A stretch of DNA of 59,081 nucleotides from a virus: IMG/VR virus record IMGVR_UViG_3300029497_000003. One strand, 5' to 3'. The notes under the pieces were generated by a model. It was not told the DNA's origin and searched no databases. It saw only the letters and a list, made by a program, of their open reading frames with translations. This document shows, piece by piece, positions 1-8,905 of the stretch; within the stretch, counting starts at the first letter, position 1; each line of letters opens with the position of its first letter. Both the position numbers and the translations under genes were made by a program.

Positions 1-99
1 CTGTGCCATTATCCATAAATCCTAATTGCCTTGCTTCAAGAATTTTCGGTTCTTGATTGCCACCTTGCATTGTACTCAATGTCGGACTACACCCCCCCC
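1..99. repeat. Terminal direct repeat identical to 58983-59081 (assembly overlap; circular or circularly permuted genome of 58,982 bp)
   Basis: Read directly: the window starts ctgtgccattatccataaatcc... and the same 99 nt close it. The overlap ends inside a poly-C run. Confidence 0.95.
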
Positions 100-100
100 C
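92..100 (-). repeat. Homopolymer C9 (G9 on the coding strand) inside the methyltransferase gene
   Basis: Sequence gactac-a-ccccccccc-acatc. Frame changes across it: ...RIYDVGGG before, CSPTLSTMQGGNQ after. Confidence 0.95.
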
Positions 101-214
101 ACATCATAAATTCTGTTGGTACTCTCAAATTTTGCTTCAAGAGAGCCTATTACATTTACATCTGCCATAATTACTCCTAAATCGTGTTTTTCAGCTTTTA
201 CACACCGGGAAATA

Positions 215-221
215 CCCCCCC
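215..221 (-). repeat. Homopolymer C7 (G7 on the coding strand) inside the methyltransferase gene
   Basis: Sequence aaata-ccccccc-gataatg. The sensible reading frame differs on its two sides. Confidence 0.9.
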
Positions 222-362
222 GATAATGCCTTTTTGAAATCTGTCTGAAACTTCTGTATATATGCTTCCTAATACTTCCATTCAATTACTCCATTCATAG
301 ATTGATTCCCAAAACCTTTATAATCCCTCGCCATAAGAGTTGTTGCAATATCAATTTGCTTT

Positions 363-1289
363 TCAATCTGCGTTGCTTGATTGCTTAACAACAAGGTTTC
401 CGTCTGACCGCAAGTTTGATATTCCACAGTCGTATCTTGCTTTGATACAGTTTGCAACTTCTCTCTGTTGTGGCTTATCGATTGTTCCGTCAACGCAAGT
501 CTGCTCTGCTCTGCTCTGCTCTGCTCTGCTAGGGATTGTATCTGGTAATGTGCCATTGTCAATTAGCGTCTGAATAAGCTTTTGAGCCTTTTCATTGTTG
601 ATGTAATACTTTTCATCTACATTATCCTCAAGATAGTCTTTCAACTTCTTTTTGAGTGGTATAGGCTGTGAAAAATGGTAATTGTACTCACCCAGGAATG
701 AAAACATAAAACATCTTTCACGATTTTGTGCTACACCGTAATTTTTAGCATTTAAGTCTTGATAGTAATTTGTGTAACCTAGGCTTTCAAGGAAATCTAG
801 CCACTTTCTAAAGTCGGGCATATTATCCCGACTATGTACCTGTGGCACATTCTCCATAAACAATATCTGCGGTAATTCTCCGTTGCTATCTCTGATTTCT
901 GTTAGTATTCTCTCAACTTCCCACAGTAGACCGCTTCTTGTACCACTACCCTTAGACATTCCGGCTTGTTTTCCGGCAACTGATAAATCCGTACAAGGGA
1001 ATGAGTAAGTAAGTAAGTAAGTGAATGTATTTGTGTCACAGATACTCAAATCTTCTGCATGGACTTTTGTTATATCCATTGTAGGAAAATCTGTACCATG
1101 TACTGCGTTATAGCTTGCAATAGCGTACTTATCAAACTCCACAACTCTGTAATGTTCAAATTTTGCACCTATCCGTTTTAGTGCCATTGCCTGACTTCCG
1201 TAGCCTGCGAACAGCTCTATCAATCGGATAGGCTTTGTAATGCTAATAGGTTCTCTTATGTAGTCGAATAAATTTAATTGTTCTTCCAT
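363..1289 (-). CDS. DNA (cytosine-5)-methyltransferase, 5' segment (motifs I-VIII) of a frame-disrupted gene
   Basis: LFAGYGS (motif I), SFPCTDLS (IV), MENVPQV (VI), QNRERCFMFS (VIII). Motifs IX-X are only in ORF 58549-59061, across the circular junction. Confidence 0.85.
   Translation of the reverse strand: MEEQLNLFDYIREPISITKPIRLIELFAGYGSQAMALKRIGAKFEHYRVVEFDKYAIASYNAVHGTDFPTMDITKVHAEDLSICDTNTFTYLLTYSFPCTDLSVAGKQAGMSKGSGTRSGLLWEVERILTEIRDSNGELPQILFMENVPQVHSRDNMPDFRKWLDFLESLGYTNYYQDLNAKNYGVAQNRERCFMFSFLGEYNYHFSQPIPLKKKLKDYLEDNVDEKYYINNEKAQKLIQTLIDNGTLPDTIPSRAEQSRAEQTCVDGTIDKPQQREVANCIKARYDCGISNLRSDGNLVVKQSSNAD
501..530 (-). repeat. Pentanucleotide tandem repeat (CTGCT)x6, = (AGCAG)x6 on the coding strand
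   Basis: ctgctctgctctgctctgctctgctctgct read directly. Encodes SRAEQSRAEQ inside the methyltransferase ORF. Confidence 0.95.
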
Positions 1290-1348
1290 TCATCATTAAA
1301 AGGAAACCTCGGTTTTATGTCGCGACAACCTATTCCTTTCTTTGATTT

Positions 1349-1555
1349 TTAGTTATTGTTATACCTTTTTCTTAATGTGTTTTGCACCTTATTCATACCC
1401 TTGAAACCACCGACAATAAAAGCTATTTCTGCTCTATTTTCCGTTGCCTTTGTTTCTGCTTCCATATCGTGTAGTCCGTATTCAGTCTGAATAATTTCAT
1501 TTGCAGTAATTCTTTTCAGAATTTCTTCGCATTTCTTCTTGCTTAAAATCTTCAT
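1349..1555 (-). CDS. hypothetical protein
   Basis: 68 aa ORF packed tightly in the minus-strand operon. Confidence 0.55.
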   Translation of the reverse strand: MKILSKKKCEEILKRITANEIIQTEYGLHDMEAETKATENRAEIAFIVGGFKGMNKVQNTLRKRYNNN

Positions 1556-1556
1556 T

Positions 1557-1775
1557 CTACTTCGCTCCTTTCAGCCGTTCGGCTATCTCGTCAATCTTTT
1601 CTTCCTCTAAGATTGTAAAAGCATATTCTTCCTTGATAGCTTTTATAGTGTCATCAACAGCCTCATTGTAACCAACTGAATATCCGTGTTCATACCCAGC
1701 TTTTCTATTTTCTTCTAACATTCTTGTTATAAAGCTAAAATCAGCTTTATGGTCTTTTTCATTCATCATTACCAC
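1557..1775 (-). CDS. hypothetical protein
   Basis: 72 aa ORF abutting its neighbours. Confidence 0.55.
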   Translation of the reverse strand: MVMMNEKDHKADFSFITRMLEENRKAGYEHGYSVGYNEAVDDTIKAIKEEYAFTILEEEKIDEIAERLKGAK

Positions 1776-2361
1776 CCACTTTCAATAAATCCATAAACTT
1801 CTCATACTGCTTCTGTGACACCTTGTTATTAGCCTTATCTTCTCTCAATTCGATTTTAAGGTGCTTTTCCGCAATATTGGATAATTCCCTTGCAAGGTTC
1901 TTTCTGCCCTGCTGTATGCCCTGTAAATATCCTTTAGGTGCTTTTCTTTCGCCTATCGAACCACTATCACGATTTTCACCCTGTCCGCCAATGCTAACAT
2001 TCCTAAGCTGATAACCCTTGTCAGCATACAGCTTGATGTAATACTTCTCTTTTTCGTCAAGCTGGCTTTCGGGAAAATTCAGAAATTCAACTCGCCAACC
2101 ATAAGGATTTTTCTCTTTATCATACAGCTTATGTTTGCGTAAACTAAGGTCTATGTGCTGTTCGTAGCCTACAAGGTGGCTTGCCAATCTGCTAAGTGTA
2201 TGTACCGCCTGTCCGATATACGCATACTTAAAGCCGTTTTCATCTTGTCGGAGTAGAAAATATATTCCACTTTTATCATTCAGTTTTGGGTTCAGCTTCA
2301 ACAGTCGCTTTTTATTTTCCTGTTCTATAGCCTTGGCTCTTGCTATATTCTGATAGTTCAA
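1759..2361 (-). CDS. GIY-YIG family nuclease
   Basis: SGIYFLLRQDENGFKYAYIGQA...SRLASH... and YYIKLYADKGYQLRN match the GIY / YIG / R / N pattern. Confidence 0.7.
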   Translation of the reverse strand: MNYQNIARAKAIEQENKKRLLKLNPKLNDKSGIYFLLRQDENGFKYAYIGQAVHTLSRLASHLVGYEQHIDLSLRKHKLYDKEKNPYGWRVEFLNFPESQLDEKEKYYIKLYADKGYQLRNVSIGGQGENRDSGSIGERKAPKGYLQGIQQGRKNLARELSNIAEKHLKIELREDKANNKVSQKQYEKFMDLLKVGGNDE

Positions 2362-2564
2362 CTGTTATCACCTGCCTTTAGCTGTTCCGCAAGCTCTTCC
2401 AGCTTAAACATATTGTCAGCAAAGATAAGCCCTGCATCTTCAACAGCCTTTGCAAAATCGTCAATAGCCTTATTTCTTACATCATCAGCTGTTACAAACT
2501 CACAGTTAAAAGTACTGCAAGTTCCTGTAGTATGATGTATACATTTATTGCAATCTCTATCCAT
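2358..2564 (-). CDS. hypothetical Cys-containing small protein
   Basis: 68 aa, CNKC...TC..FNC N-terminus, overlapping start/stop with neighbours. Confidence 0.5.
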   Translation of the reverse strand: MDRDCNKCIHHTTGTCSTFNCEFVTADDVRNKAIDDFAKAVEDAGLIFADNMFKLEELAEQLKAGDNS

Positions 2565-2955
2565 TAATTTTACCTGCCTTTATTATCTTAATTGCCCTTT
2601 CTAAACCTCTTTGAAAACTATCATCATATTCTGCATCAAGGCAAGGGCTGACTTCTTCAACATATTTGTCAAAATCTGCGTATGATAACTCTCTTTCGTC
2701 TTCAAGCTGTTTCACAACCTTATCAATATCATTAACCGTTAATTGTTCTGCATTTTCTTCAACAAGGTTATTTTCCGTTGCGGTTCTTGATTTAAACGGG
2801 TCTACGAAATTATCAATAGGTTTAGCTCCCATACTAAAAGCTGACGGTTGTTCATTAATAATAGTTTCAAGTATTTCAGATAAAGCCTTATCGATATAAT
2901 TCTTTTTGTGAATATCCTCAATTAATTCATCTGCATCAATCAGTCTCATACTCAC
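2557..2955 (-). CDS. hypothetical protein
   Basis: 132 aa acidic ORF in operon context. Confidence 0.55.
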   Translation of the reverse strand: MSMRLIDADELIEDIHKKNYIDKALSEILETIINEQPSAFSMGAKPIDNFVDPFKSRTATENNLVEENAEQLTVNDIDKVVKQLEDERELSYADFDKYVEEVSPCLDAEYDDSFQRGLERAIKIIKAGKING

Positions 2956-2961
2956 ACCTCT

Positions 2962-3393
2962 TTAATTAAATGGTAATCCCTCATCAGCTACATTGTCTGG
3001 AATTGACATAAAGCTGTTTAAACTAGCATTACCGCCCATAATTCCGTTATTGTTATTGTTCTGCTGATTAGCACGACTTTCGCAAAATTCGTGTCTTTCA
3101 ACAACACAATCATTAGTGTAGACTTTCTGTCCGTCCTTGTTAGTGTAGTTGCCTGTCTGCCATCTACCCTCAACGATAATCTTAGTTCCCTGATGTAAAT
3201 ACTTCTCTGCAAACTCTCCATTCTTACCAAATGCGATACAGTTAATAAAGTCTGCTGCCTGTTCGCCCTCTTTCTTGAAAGTTCTGTCAACAGCTAATGT
3301 GTATCTTGCTACTGCCATACTTCCGTTTGCTGTCTGTGAATATCTAATCTCTGGCTCTCTAACAACTCTCCCACATAGGATTACACGATTCAT
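2962..3393 (-). CDS. ssb: single-stranded DNA-binding protein
   Basis: MNRVILCGRVVREPEIRY..., OB-fold pattern, N-rich linker and acidic tail DEGLPFN. Confidence 0.9.
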   Translation of the reverse strand: MNRVILCGRVVREPEIRYSQTANGSMAVARYTLAVDRTFKKEGEQAADFINCIAFGKNGEFAEKYLHQGTKIIVEGRWQTGNYTNKDGQKVYTNDCVVERHEFCESRANQQNNNNNGIMGGNASLNSFMSIPDNVADEGLPFN

Positions 3394-3798
3394 CTAATTT
3401 TCCTCACTTTCTAATAACTCTTTATTGTCAAATATGTTGCCGATAACTTCTATTGTGTCGTGTTTTTTGCTTTCTGAGAGCATTGCGAATACTGAACATT
3501 GGTAACCGAATCTTGCATACTCTTTATCATATTTAACAATGCCGCAATTTTCCCTTTCTTCATATTTTGCTTCACTGCTGTATAAGTAAAAATTTCTTTT
3601 TACAATATCATTCTCCCAAATCAGCTTGCCGTTCTTGTCTTTCAAGCCTGTGCATTGGCAGAGAGTTTCAGAATCACACGCCCATTTACTTCCTTCCTTT
3701 TCCTCTATTGCACATCTACCTTCTTGTAGTGCTATAAGCAACCCAGCGCGCCATATAGAGTTGCAATCCTTTGCTTTGAATAAATATCTATCGTTCAT
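3394..3798 (-). CDS. YopX-like protein
   Basis: LKDKNGKLIWENDIV...IEVIGNIFDNKELL. Start moved to MNDRYLF, which sits behind an AGGAGAG RBS. Confidence 0.65.
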   Translation of the reverse strand: MNDRYLFKAKDCNSIWRAGLLIALQEGRCAIEEKEGSKWACDSETLCQCTGLKDKNGKLIWENDIVKRNFYLYSSEAKYEERENCGIVKYDKEYARFGYQCSVFAMLSESKKHDTIEVIGNIFDNKELLESEEN

Positions 3799-3906
3799 GC
3801 TCTCTCCTATTCCGCTTCTAATGCTTCTGATTGAAGCCATTTTAAAACACATTCTTTACAACTATCTTTTTCAAACATTCTTTCGCAACTACTCACTTCA
3901 ATATGG

Positions 3907-4323
3907 TCAATACAAGAATCGAAAAGTATATCTGCTAAATTCCATACCTCTTTCAAATGCTTCTATTTTTATATCCACATTGTATGCTTTGGATAATTCA
4001 ATGTATGGTTCACTTTCTACATCCCAAGCTGCTCTAAATTCCACGGCAATACAAGTATTTCCATCTTTTCTTTTCCAGACATTTATGTCGTTTGGCTCAA
4101 CAAAGTTTCTGCGAGTGCCTTTTATATATGCAGTCTTTTCGACATATATAGTTCCATCTTCTCGGTCTATCTCAATGGCTTCTTTGTCAAGTTCTTCTCG
4201 CATATCAAATTTTGGTTCTCTAATGATAACTGTTTTCCAAACTTGAAGATTGTCAGCTAGAAGATTAAATACATCTTCCTGCTTTCCTCTGATTTTTAAC
4301 ATTCCCTCGCACCAGTTTGGCAT
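3907..4323 (-). CDS. DUF1281/Api92-like protein
   Basis: The MPNWCEGMLKIRG N-terminus is typical of that family. AAAGGAG RBS before this Met. Confidence 0.5.
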   Translation of the reverse strand: MPNWCEGMLKIRGKQEDVFNLLADNLQVWKTVIIREPKFDMREELDKEAIEIDREDGTIYVEKTAYIKGTRRNFVEPNDINVWKRKDGNTCIAVEFRAAWDVESEPYIELSKAYNVDIKIEAFERGMEFSRYTFRFLY

Positions 4324-4337
4324 ATCAATTCTCCTTT

Positions 4338-5066
4338 CTAAAACGGACACTCACTAGGATTTTTCAAATCCCAACTTTTCCCAGCTTCCGCAACGTCCAC
4401 ATTCGCCCCATAAGCAACTTTTTTCATCTTCTCGATAAAACTATCTCTATCAGAATTTTCACTTGATAGATGGCACATTATGACGTTCTGCAAGATATCT
4501 GAATCGTTAGCTCTAACAAAATCACAAGCGGTATCAATGCTTAAGTGACCTCTGAATACGTGATTAGCTTTGCCTGTATCCCTGTCGATTAAATCCTTGT
4601 CATAATTCACACCTAAGAGAATGTGGTTTATGTCTTTAAACTTCCATTTGATTAATTCACAATCGGTTATGTAAAGCATTCTCCCCATTTCCTTGTGAGT
4701 AATCAGAAAGCCAAATATCGGGCAAGGTTCGCCATTTGCGTCTGTATGTGTCCACCTACCATCTACTGTTGTTAGGTCAAACGCTCTTACAGTAAAATAA
4801 GAATTTGCTAGAAACTGATTCATAAGTAAGGCTTTGTATGGCTCACATATAGGAATACCCATAGTTTCAAAATCTTTTACTGACTTGCTGTGGTCAAGGT
4901 GTTTATGGGTGCATAACACACCCACAATACCTTTAATGTTCCAATCTAAGCCTTTTTTAATCTCCTTAATCGGTATTCCGCAATCAAGGATAAGTGTTTC
5001 TCCGTTGTCTGCCTGCACCAGATAGCAATTTCCTGCTGATGATGAGCCTAAGCAAGTTAATTTCAT
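4338..5066 (-). CDS. MBL-fold metallo-hydrolase (probable recombination-associated nuclease)
   Basis: LGSSSAGNCYLV...LILDCG...THKHLDHS beta-lactamase-fold motifs, next to RecT. Confidence 0.75.
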   Translation of the reverse strand: MKLTCLGSSSAGNCYLVQADNGETLILDCGIPIKEIKKGLDWNIKGIVGVLCTHKHLDHSKSVKDFETMGIPICEPYKALLMNQFLANSYFTVRAFDLTTVDGRWTHTDANGEPCPIFGFLITHKEMGRMLYITDCELIKWKFKDINHILLGVNYDKDLIDRDTGKANHVFRGHLSIDTACDFVRANDSDILQNVIMCHLSSENSDRDSFIEKMKKVAYGANVDVAEAGKSWDLKNPSECPF

Positions 5067-5395
5067 ACTTCCACCTCATCATCTTTCGGGAACTGGAAAT
5101 AATTCTGTGTCATCTTATCAAAATCAGTTTCCGACAAACATCTTACGAATGAAGCACCTTTTTCGGTGTTTATTATTGTTTTAAGAAAAGCGACCTTTTC
5201 GTGCTGCTCTCTAAGCATTTTCATGGCCTTTAAAGCCTTTTCTTTGCTTGAATACTCTGCAATAATTCCATTATAGATTTCATATGGCGGTGCTACGCAT
5301 TCTCTGCAACAAGCAATTTTGTTATCTTTTGTTATTCCAAACACAAATTTCTCATAAGGCAAATCAACATTGCCATTTTGACTAATTATTCTCAT
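5063..5395 (-). CDS. hypothetical protein
   Basis: 110 aa ORF, overlapping stop/start. Confidence 0.55.
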   Translation of the reverse strand: MRIISQNGNVDLPYEKFVFGITKDNKIACCRECVAPPYEIYNGIIAEYSSKEKALKAMKMLREQHEKVAFLKTIINTEKGASFVRCLSETDFDKMTQNYFQFPKDDEVEV

Positions 5396-5564
5396 GCTTA
5401 TTGTCTCCTTTGGCTATTTCTAATATATCTGTAAGAGCAATAGTCCTATTAACAACATCCTTTCCTAGTCTTTCAACAAGTGTCGAATAAATGCAGCCAA
5501 ATTCAGCCAACACTCCTTTTGCGTCTCCCTTTAAAATTACTTTCCCTTTTTCGCTTTTAATCAT
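5382..5564 (-). CDS. hypothetical protein
   Basis: 60 aa ORF in operon. Confidence 0.45.
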   Translation of the reverse strand: MIKSEKGKVILKGDAKGVLAEFGCIYSTLVERLGKDVVNRTIALTDILEIAKGDNKHENN

Positions 5565-5579
5565 GTTACATTCTCCTTT

Positions 5580-6344
5580 CTATTCTGCCTGCATAAATGG
5601 TGGCAATGTGCTGCCTGTTTGTTCTTCGGTTGCTTCTGTTGCTGTTGTATCAACATCTTCCTTGAACTCAACTGAATTGGCATTATCGGATATTTCTCTC
5701 GTTACCTCTGCCTGCATATTCTCAGCCGAATAACTCTTGTCTGTAAAATCTCCGTCAATAATCTCATCAGAAGTATATAATCCCATTGAAATTTCCGGGC
5801 AGTATCTTCTTGAAAAGAATGAGGCGGCACGATATGCAAGCATTACCTGTGGCATTGTTTTCCATTTGCTACCATTCTTGCCAACCCAACCCTCGGCAAC
5901 TGCCATATCCATATCAACTACTGGTCCGTCAATTCTTTCTCCATTCTCAAATGCGTAGCACATACAACTAAAAGGCTTTCCGTTTTTATCTGCTTTTTCC
6001 TCAAAATGTAAACTGCCGTCATACTTGTGGCTAGTGTTTATCATTCCGATAAGTGCTTTTGCGTTCCACCCAGGTTTACCCTGTATTACATCAAGGTTCT
6101 GCATTACTAAAAATGGACTTGTTTTCATTCTGATTGCAAGGTCAATCGCTATCATACAATTAGCCTCGCTTTTCTGATACTCTCTTGGAACTAATGTTGA
6201 CTGCGATAATGCCTTTGCCATTTGATATGCCATTGTAAAATTATCGGATGTACCGAAAATTCCAAGACTAAAGTCCGTTACCTTGTTAATGTGCTGTACT
6301 GCTGTTTCTTCTTTCTTTTCCGCAACTGCTGTATTCTCTGCCAT
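5580..6344 (-). CDS. recT: RecT-family single-strand annealing recombinase
   Basis: ALSQSTLVPREYQ...VIQGKPGW...MLAYRAASFFSRRYCPE pattern. Confidence 0.8.
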   Translation of the reverse strand: MAENTAVAEKKEETAVQHINKVTDFSLGIFGTSDNFTMAYQMAKALSQSTLVPREYQKSEANCMIAIDLAIRMKTSPFLVMQNLDVIQGKPGWNAKALIGMINTSHKYDGSLHFEEKADKNGKPFSCMCYAFENGERIDGPVVDMDMAVAEGWVGKNGSKWKTMPQVMLAYRAASFFSRRYCPEISMGLYTSDEIIDGDFTDKSYSAENMQAEVTREISDNANSVEFKEDVDTTATEATEEQTGSTLPPFMQAE

Positions 6345-6360
6345 AATTATTCCTCGCTTT

Positions 6361-6753
6361 CTACTTTCTTCTTAATTCTTCAACTAACTTCATCAGATTT
6401 AAAACAGTATCTTCCAACTTGGCAATCCTACTATCTAATTCCCTGTACTTAGATGTGCTTTCGGACACTTTTTCAAATCTTTCTAGTTCAAAATCTTCCT
6501 TACGAATGTGTGATGATAAAGCTATAATCTGTTTCCATATATCTTCATAAAATGCACCGTATGTTGTATATTCATCAATCTCAAACCGGACTTTATCAGA
6601 ATATGAATTAAATCTATTTTCCGCCTTTGCGATAAGACTTGAATTCATATTATTAGCATTAAGCATAGCTGTTACGCTTGTAGTATTTTGCTCTTTTGCA
6701 AGTTTAGATAATGCAACTCTTAGTTTGCTTGTATTTACAATTACAATATCCAT
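6361..6753 (-). CDS. hypothetical protein
   Basis: 130 aa ORF. Confidence 0.55.
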   Translation of the reverse strand: MDIVIVNTSKLRVALSKLAKEQNTTSVTAMLNANNMNSSLIAKAENRFNSYSDKVRFEIDEYTTYGAFYEDIWKQIIALSSHIRKEDFELERFEKVSESTSKYRELDSRIAKLEDTVLNLMKLVEELRRK

Positions 6754-6756
6754 AGC

Positions 6757-8691
6757 TTATCCCTCCACAATCTCTAATTTCTCGCTATCATTAACAATCA
6801 GCATAATCAACTGGCTATCTATCATTTCAGCAACTTTCTTCTGATTCCGTTCATCTAAGTTCTCTACATCGTCAAGAATGATAGGTACTGATATTCCACT
6901 AATCTTCTGAATAGAATTGCAAATATCAACTCTGCCTAAAATCCTGTTGCCCTTGTTAGACATAGTTGTTAAAATACTCTTTCCGTCAACTGTAGGTATG
7001 CAACAACTCTTGTAACCACCAGACTTTGTATAAGTAAACAACTGCCACTTAACTAACCCAAAATGGCTGTTTACTGCTTCTGTCAAGGTTTCGTTCTTTG
7101 TTTTGTCTAATTCGTCAAGTAAATCAATAATTTTCTCGGCATTAGCCTTATTCTGTTCGCTATCAATCCTTGCCTGTTTTAATTCTTCAAGTCGCTGTTC
7201 ATCTGCTGCCGTATCAGACTTTGTAATCTGACTTTCGCATTCTGCTAACTGCTGCCTTAAATCTGTTTCCTGTGCCTTTAATTCAGCTTTGACTGCTAAA
7301 ATATCATTAGCTTTGTGCATAGCCTGTTCCTTTTCGGCAATCTTCTGTTCAAGTGCCTTATATTCCTCGGTGGCTGATACATCAATTTCCTGTGGAAGTT
7401 CTGATAACTGCTTCTCAAGTTCTGTAATAGCTGTATTCAGCATTGCAAGACTCTTTCTATGTTCAACAAGTTCATTTTCAAGGCTAGCAATAGTTTCACT
7501 TTCCTTATCTAATTCACCCTTCGCATTGTTTCCGAGATTTGTTATTTTCTCAATTTCTGCTGCCTTTTTGCTTTCAAAGTCTGCCTTAATCTGTTCTTTT
7601 TTATCTTCTGGATATTCCTGTCCGCAATAGCTACAAACAAGATTGCTCTCGTCAAATTTAAGGCTGTGCGTGTTCCTATATAGATTCCTATAACTTTCAA
7701 TGCTTTCATTAAGCACAACAGAATGGTGTTTACTGCTATCAATCTGGTTCTCACAATCATCAATAGTCTTTTCTGTCTGTCTAACAAGAAACTGCTTATC
7801 AGAAATCCTGTTCTCAATATCTCTCCTAGTCTTAACATTATCCACATTAGCTTTGCGTGACATATCACTAAGTTCAAACTTCAAGTTAAGGACATCTGAA
7901 CTAGCCTTGTCATATTCAGCTATCAACTTGTCATTGTCGGTCTGCTTTGCCATGCAATCAGCAATCTGCTCTTTAAGGCTGTTCTTCTGTAATTCAAGGT
8001 TAGATACTTCAATAGCCTGTTTAAGCTGTATATCTCTTTCCTTTTCCTTAATCTGTCCGTCAAGAATAGGTAAATCCTTTGTAATCTTGGTCTTTGTAGC
8101 CTTATTCATAGCGGATAATTCCTCAACTGTATATTTATTAAGTAAAGGAACTAACTCGGCTAATTCGGCTTTCTGTGAAGCTATATCAAGGTCTGTAACA
8201 TCGCCTACAAGCCCGAATAAGTATTCTCTCATTTCTGCCGGCTTCTGATTAAGAAAAGCATTTACATTACTACACATCTTGAATGCATTCATATCAGCAT
8301 CAAGGTATGTGTTGAAATCCTTTAAAGTCTTAGGCACATCATTGATAAAGTACTCGTTATCGTCCTTATAACTGCTGCCATCTTTGCTGTAAGTACGCTT
8401 CTGCACTTTCTTCATAGTTATTTCTTTTCCGTCAACATCAAGTGTAAGTTCAACACTTGTATCCATATCATCAACGGACTTTCCGTCAACCTCTCGTCTG
8501 ACAACCGGATTATCCTTTAATTCATAATCACAGTTAAACAAGCACCACAGATAAGCTGTGGCGATAGTTGACTTACCTTTACCATTCTTAGCCATAATCT
8601 TTGTTAAGGCGAACAAATCAAACTCTGCGTGTGCGTAGCACATAAAGTTTTCAAGAACTACCTTTTTTAAAACTACTCTTTCCATAAACAT
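6757..8691 (-). CDS. SMC/Rad50/SbcC-like AAA ATPase with long coiled coil
   Basis: N-terminal Walker A (AKNGKGKST), roughly 400 aa coiled coil with a central CSYCGQEY hook-like motif, C-terminal ILDDVENLD. Confidence 0.75.
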   Translation of the reverse strand: MFMERVVLKKVVLENFMCYAHAEFDLFALTKIMAKNGKGKSTIATAYLWCLFNCDYELKDNPVVRREVDGKSVDDMDTSVELTLDVDGKEITMKKVQKRTYSKDGSSYKDDNEYFINDVPKTLKDFNTYLDADMNAFKMCSNVNAFLNQKPAEMREYLFGLVGDVTDLDIASQKAELAELVPLLNKYTVEELSAMNKATKTKITKDLPILDGQIKEKERDIQLKQAIEVSNLELQKNSLKEQIADCMAKQTDNDKLIAEYDKASSDVLNLKFELSDMSRKANVDNVKTRRDIENRISDKQFLVRQTEKTIDDCENQIDSSKHHSVVLNESIESYRNLYRNTHSLKFDESNLVCSYCGQEYPEDKKEQIKADFESKKAAEIEKITNLGNNAKGELDKESETIASLENELVEHRKSLAMLNTAITELEKQLSELPQEIDVSATEEYKALEQKIAEKEQAMHKANDILAVKAELKAQETDLRQQLAECESQITKSDTAADEQRLEELKQARIDSEQNKANAEKIIDLLDELDKTKNETLTEAVNSHFGLVKWQLFTYTKSGGYKSCCIPTVDGKSILTTMSNKGNRILGRVDICNSIQKISGISVPIILDDVENLDERNQKKVAEMIDSQLIMLIVNDSEKLEIVEG

Positions 8692-8704
8692 ATCCTTTCC
8701 TTAT

Positions 8705-8905
8705 TTATATATTCATAATGAATACATCATCTTCTATTGAGAAGTTATCAACTGTCTTATCTGCCAGATAATGCCGTCTGTCAAGTTCATCAAACGTGCC
8801 ATCAAATATAACACCTTGAACTGGATGCCATACTTGACAACGCTTTTCATTATCTGCTGCCATAGCAGCTAATTCCGAAACTGTAATATCACTATTCATC
8901 AGCAT
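8705..8905 (-). CDS. hypothetical protein
   Basis: 66 aa ORF. Confidence 0.5.
   Translation of the reverse strand: MLMNSDITVSELAAMAADNEKRCQVWHPVQGVIFDGTFDELDRRHYLADKTVDNFSIEDDVFIMNI

Larger units (their letters stand above)
76..562 (-). pseudogene. Middle (target-recognition) part of the cytosine-5 DNA methyltransferase gene, split over several reading frames
   Basis: TRD-like strings lie in different frames: TLMARDYKGFGNQSMNGVIE (ORF 269-562) and VIGSLEAKFESTNRIYDVGGG (ORF 76-285). In-frame TAG at 269-271 and TGA at 76-78. Confidence 0.7.

Noticed and set aside
269-271. In-frame TAG in the methyltransferase, and a UUA-anticodon tRNA-like gene, as signs of stop-codon recoding
   Set aside because: Standard-code ORFs elsewhere are long, contiguous and tightly packed (1273-aa fibre, 644-aa ATPase, terL, portal). 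The methyltransferase breaks are frame shifts, not single read-through stops.
501-530. Possible CRISPR or DGR-type repeat
   Set aside because: It is a plain 5-nt tandem repeat inside a coding region. There are no spacers and no reverse transcriptase, and I saw no CRISPR array anywhere in the window.
3626-4246. 206-aa plus-strand ORF, and similar long plus-strand ORFs at 7700-8248, 7289-7630 and 32494-32871
   Set aside because: They are antisense shadows of well-supported minus-strand genes in an AT-rich genome. Their L/S/F-rich composition looks like junk.
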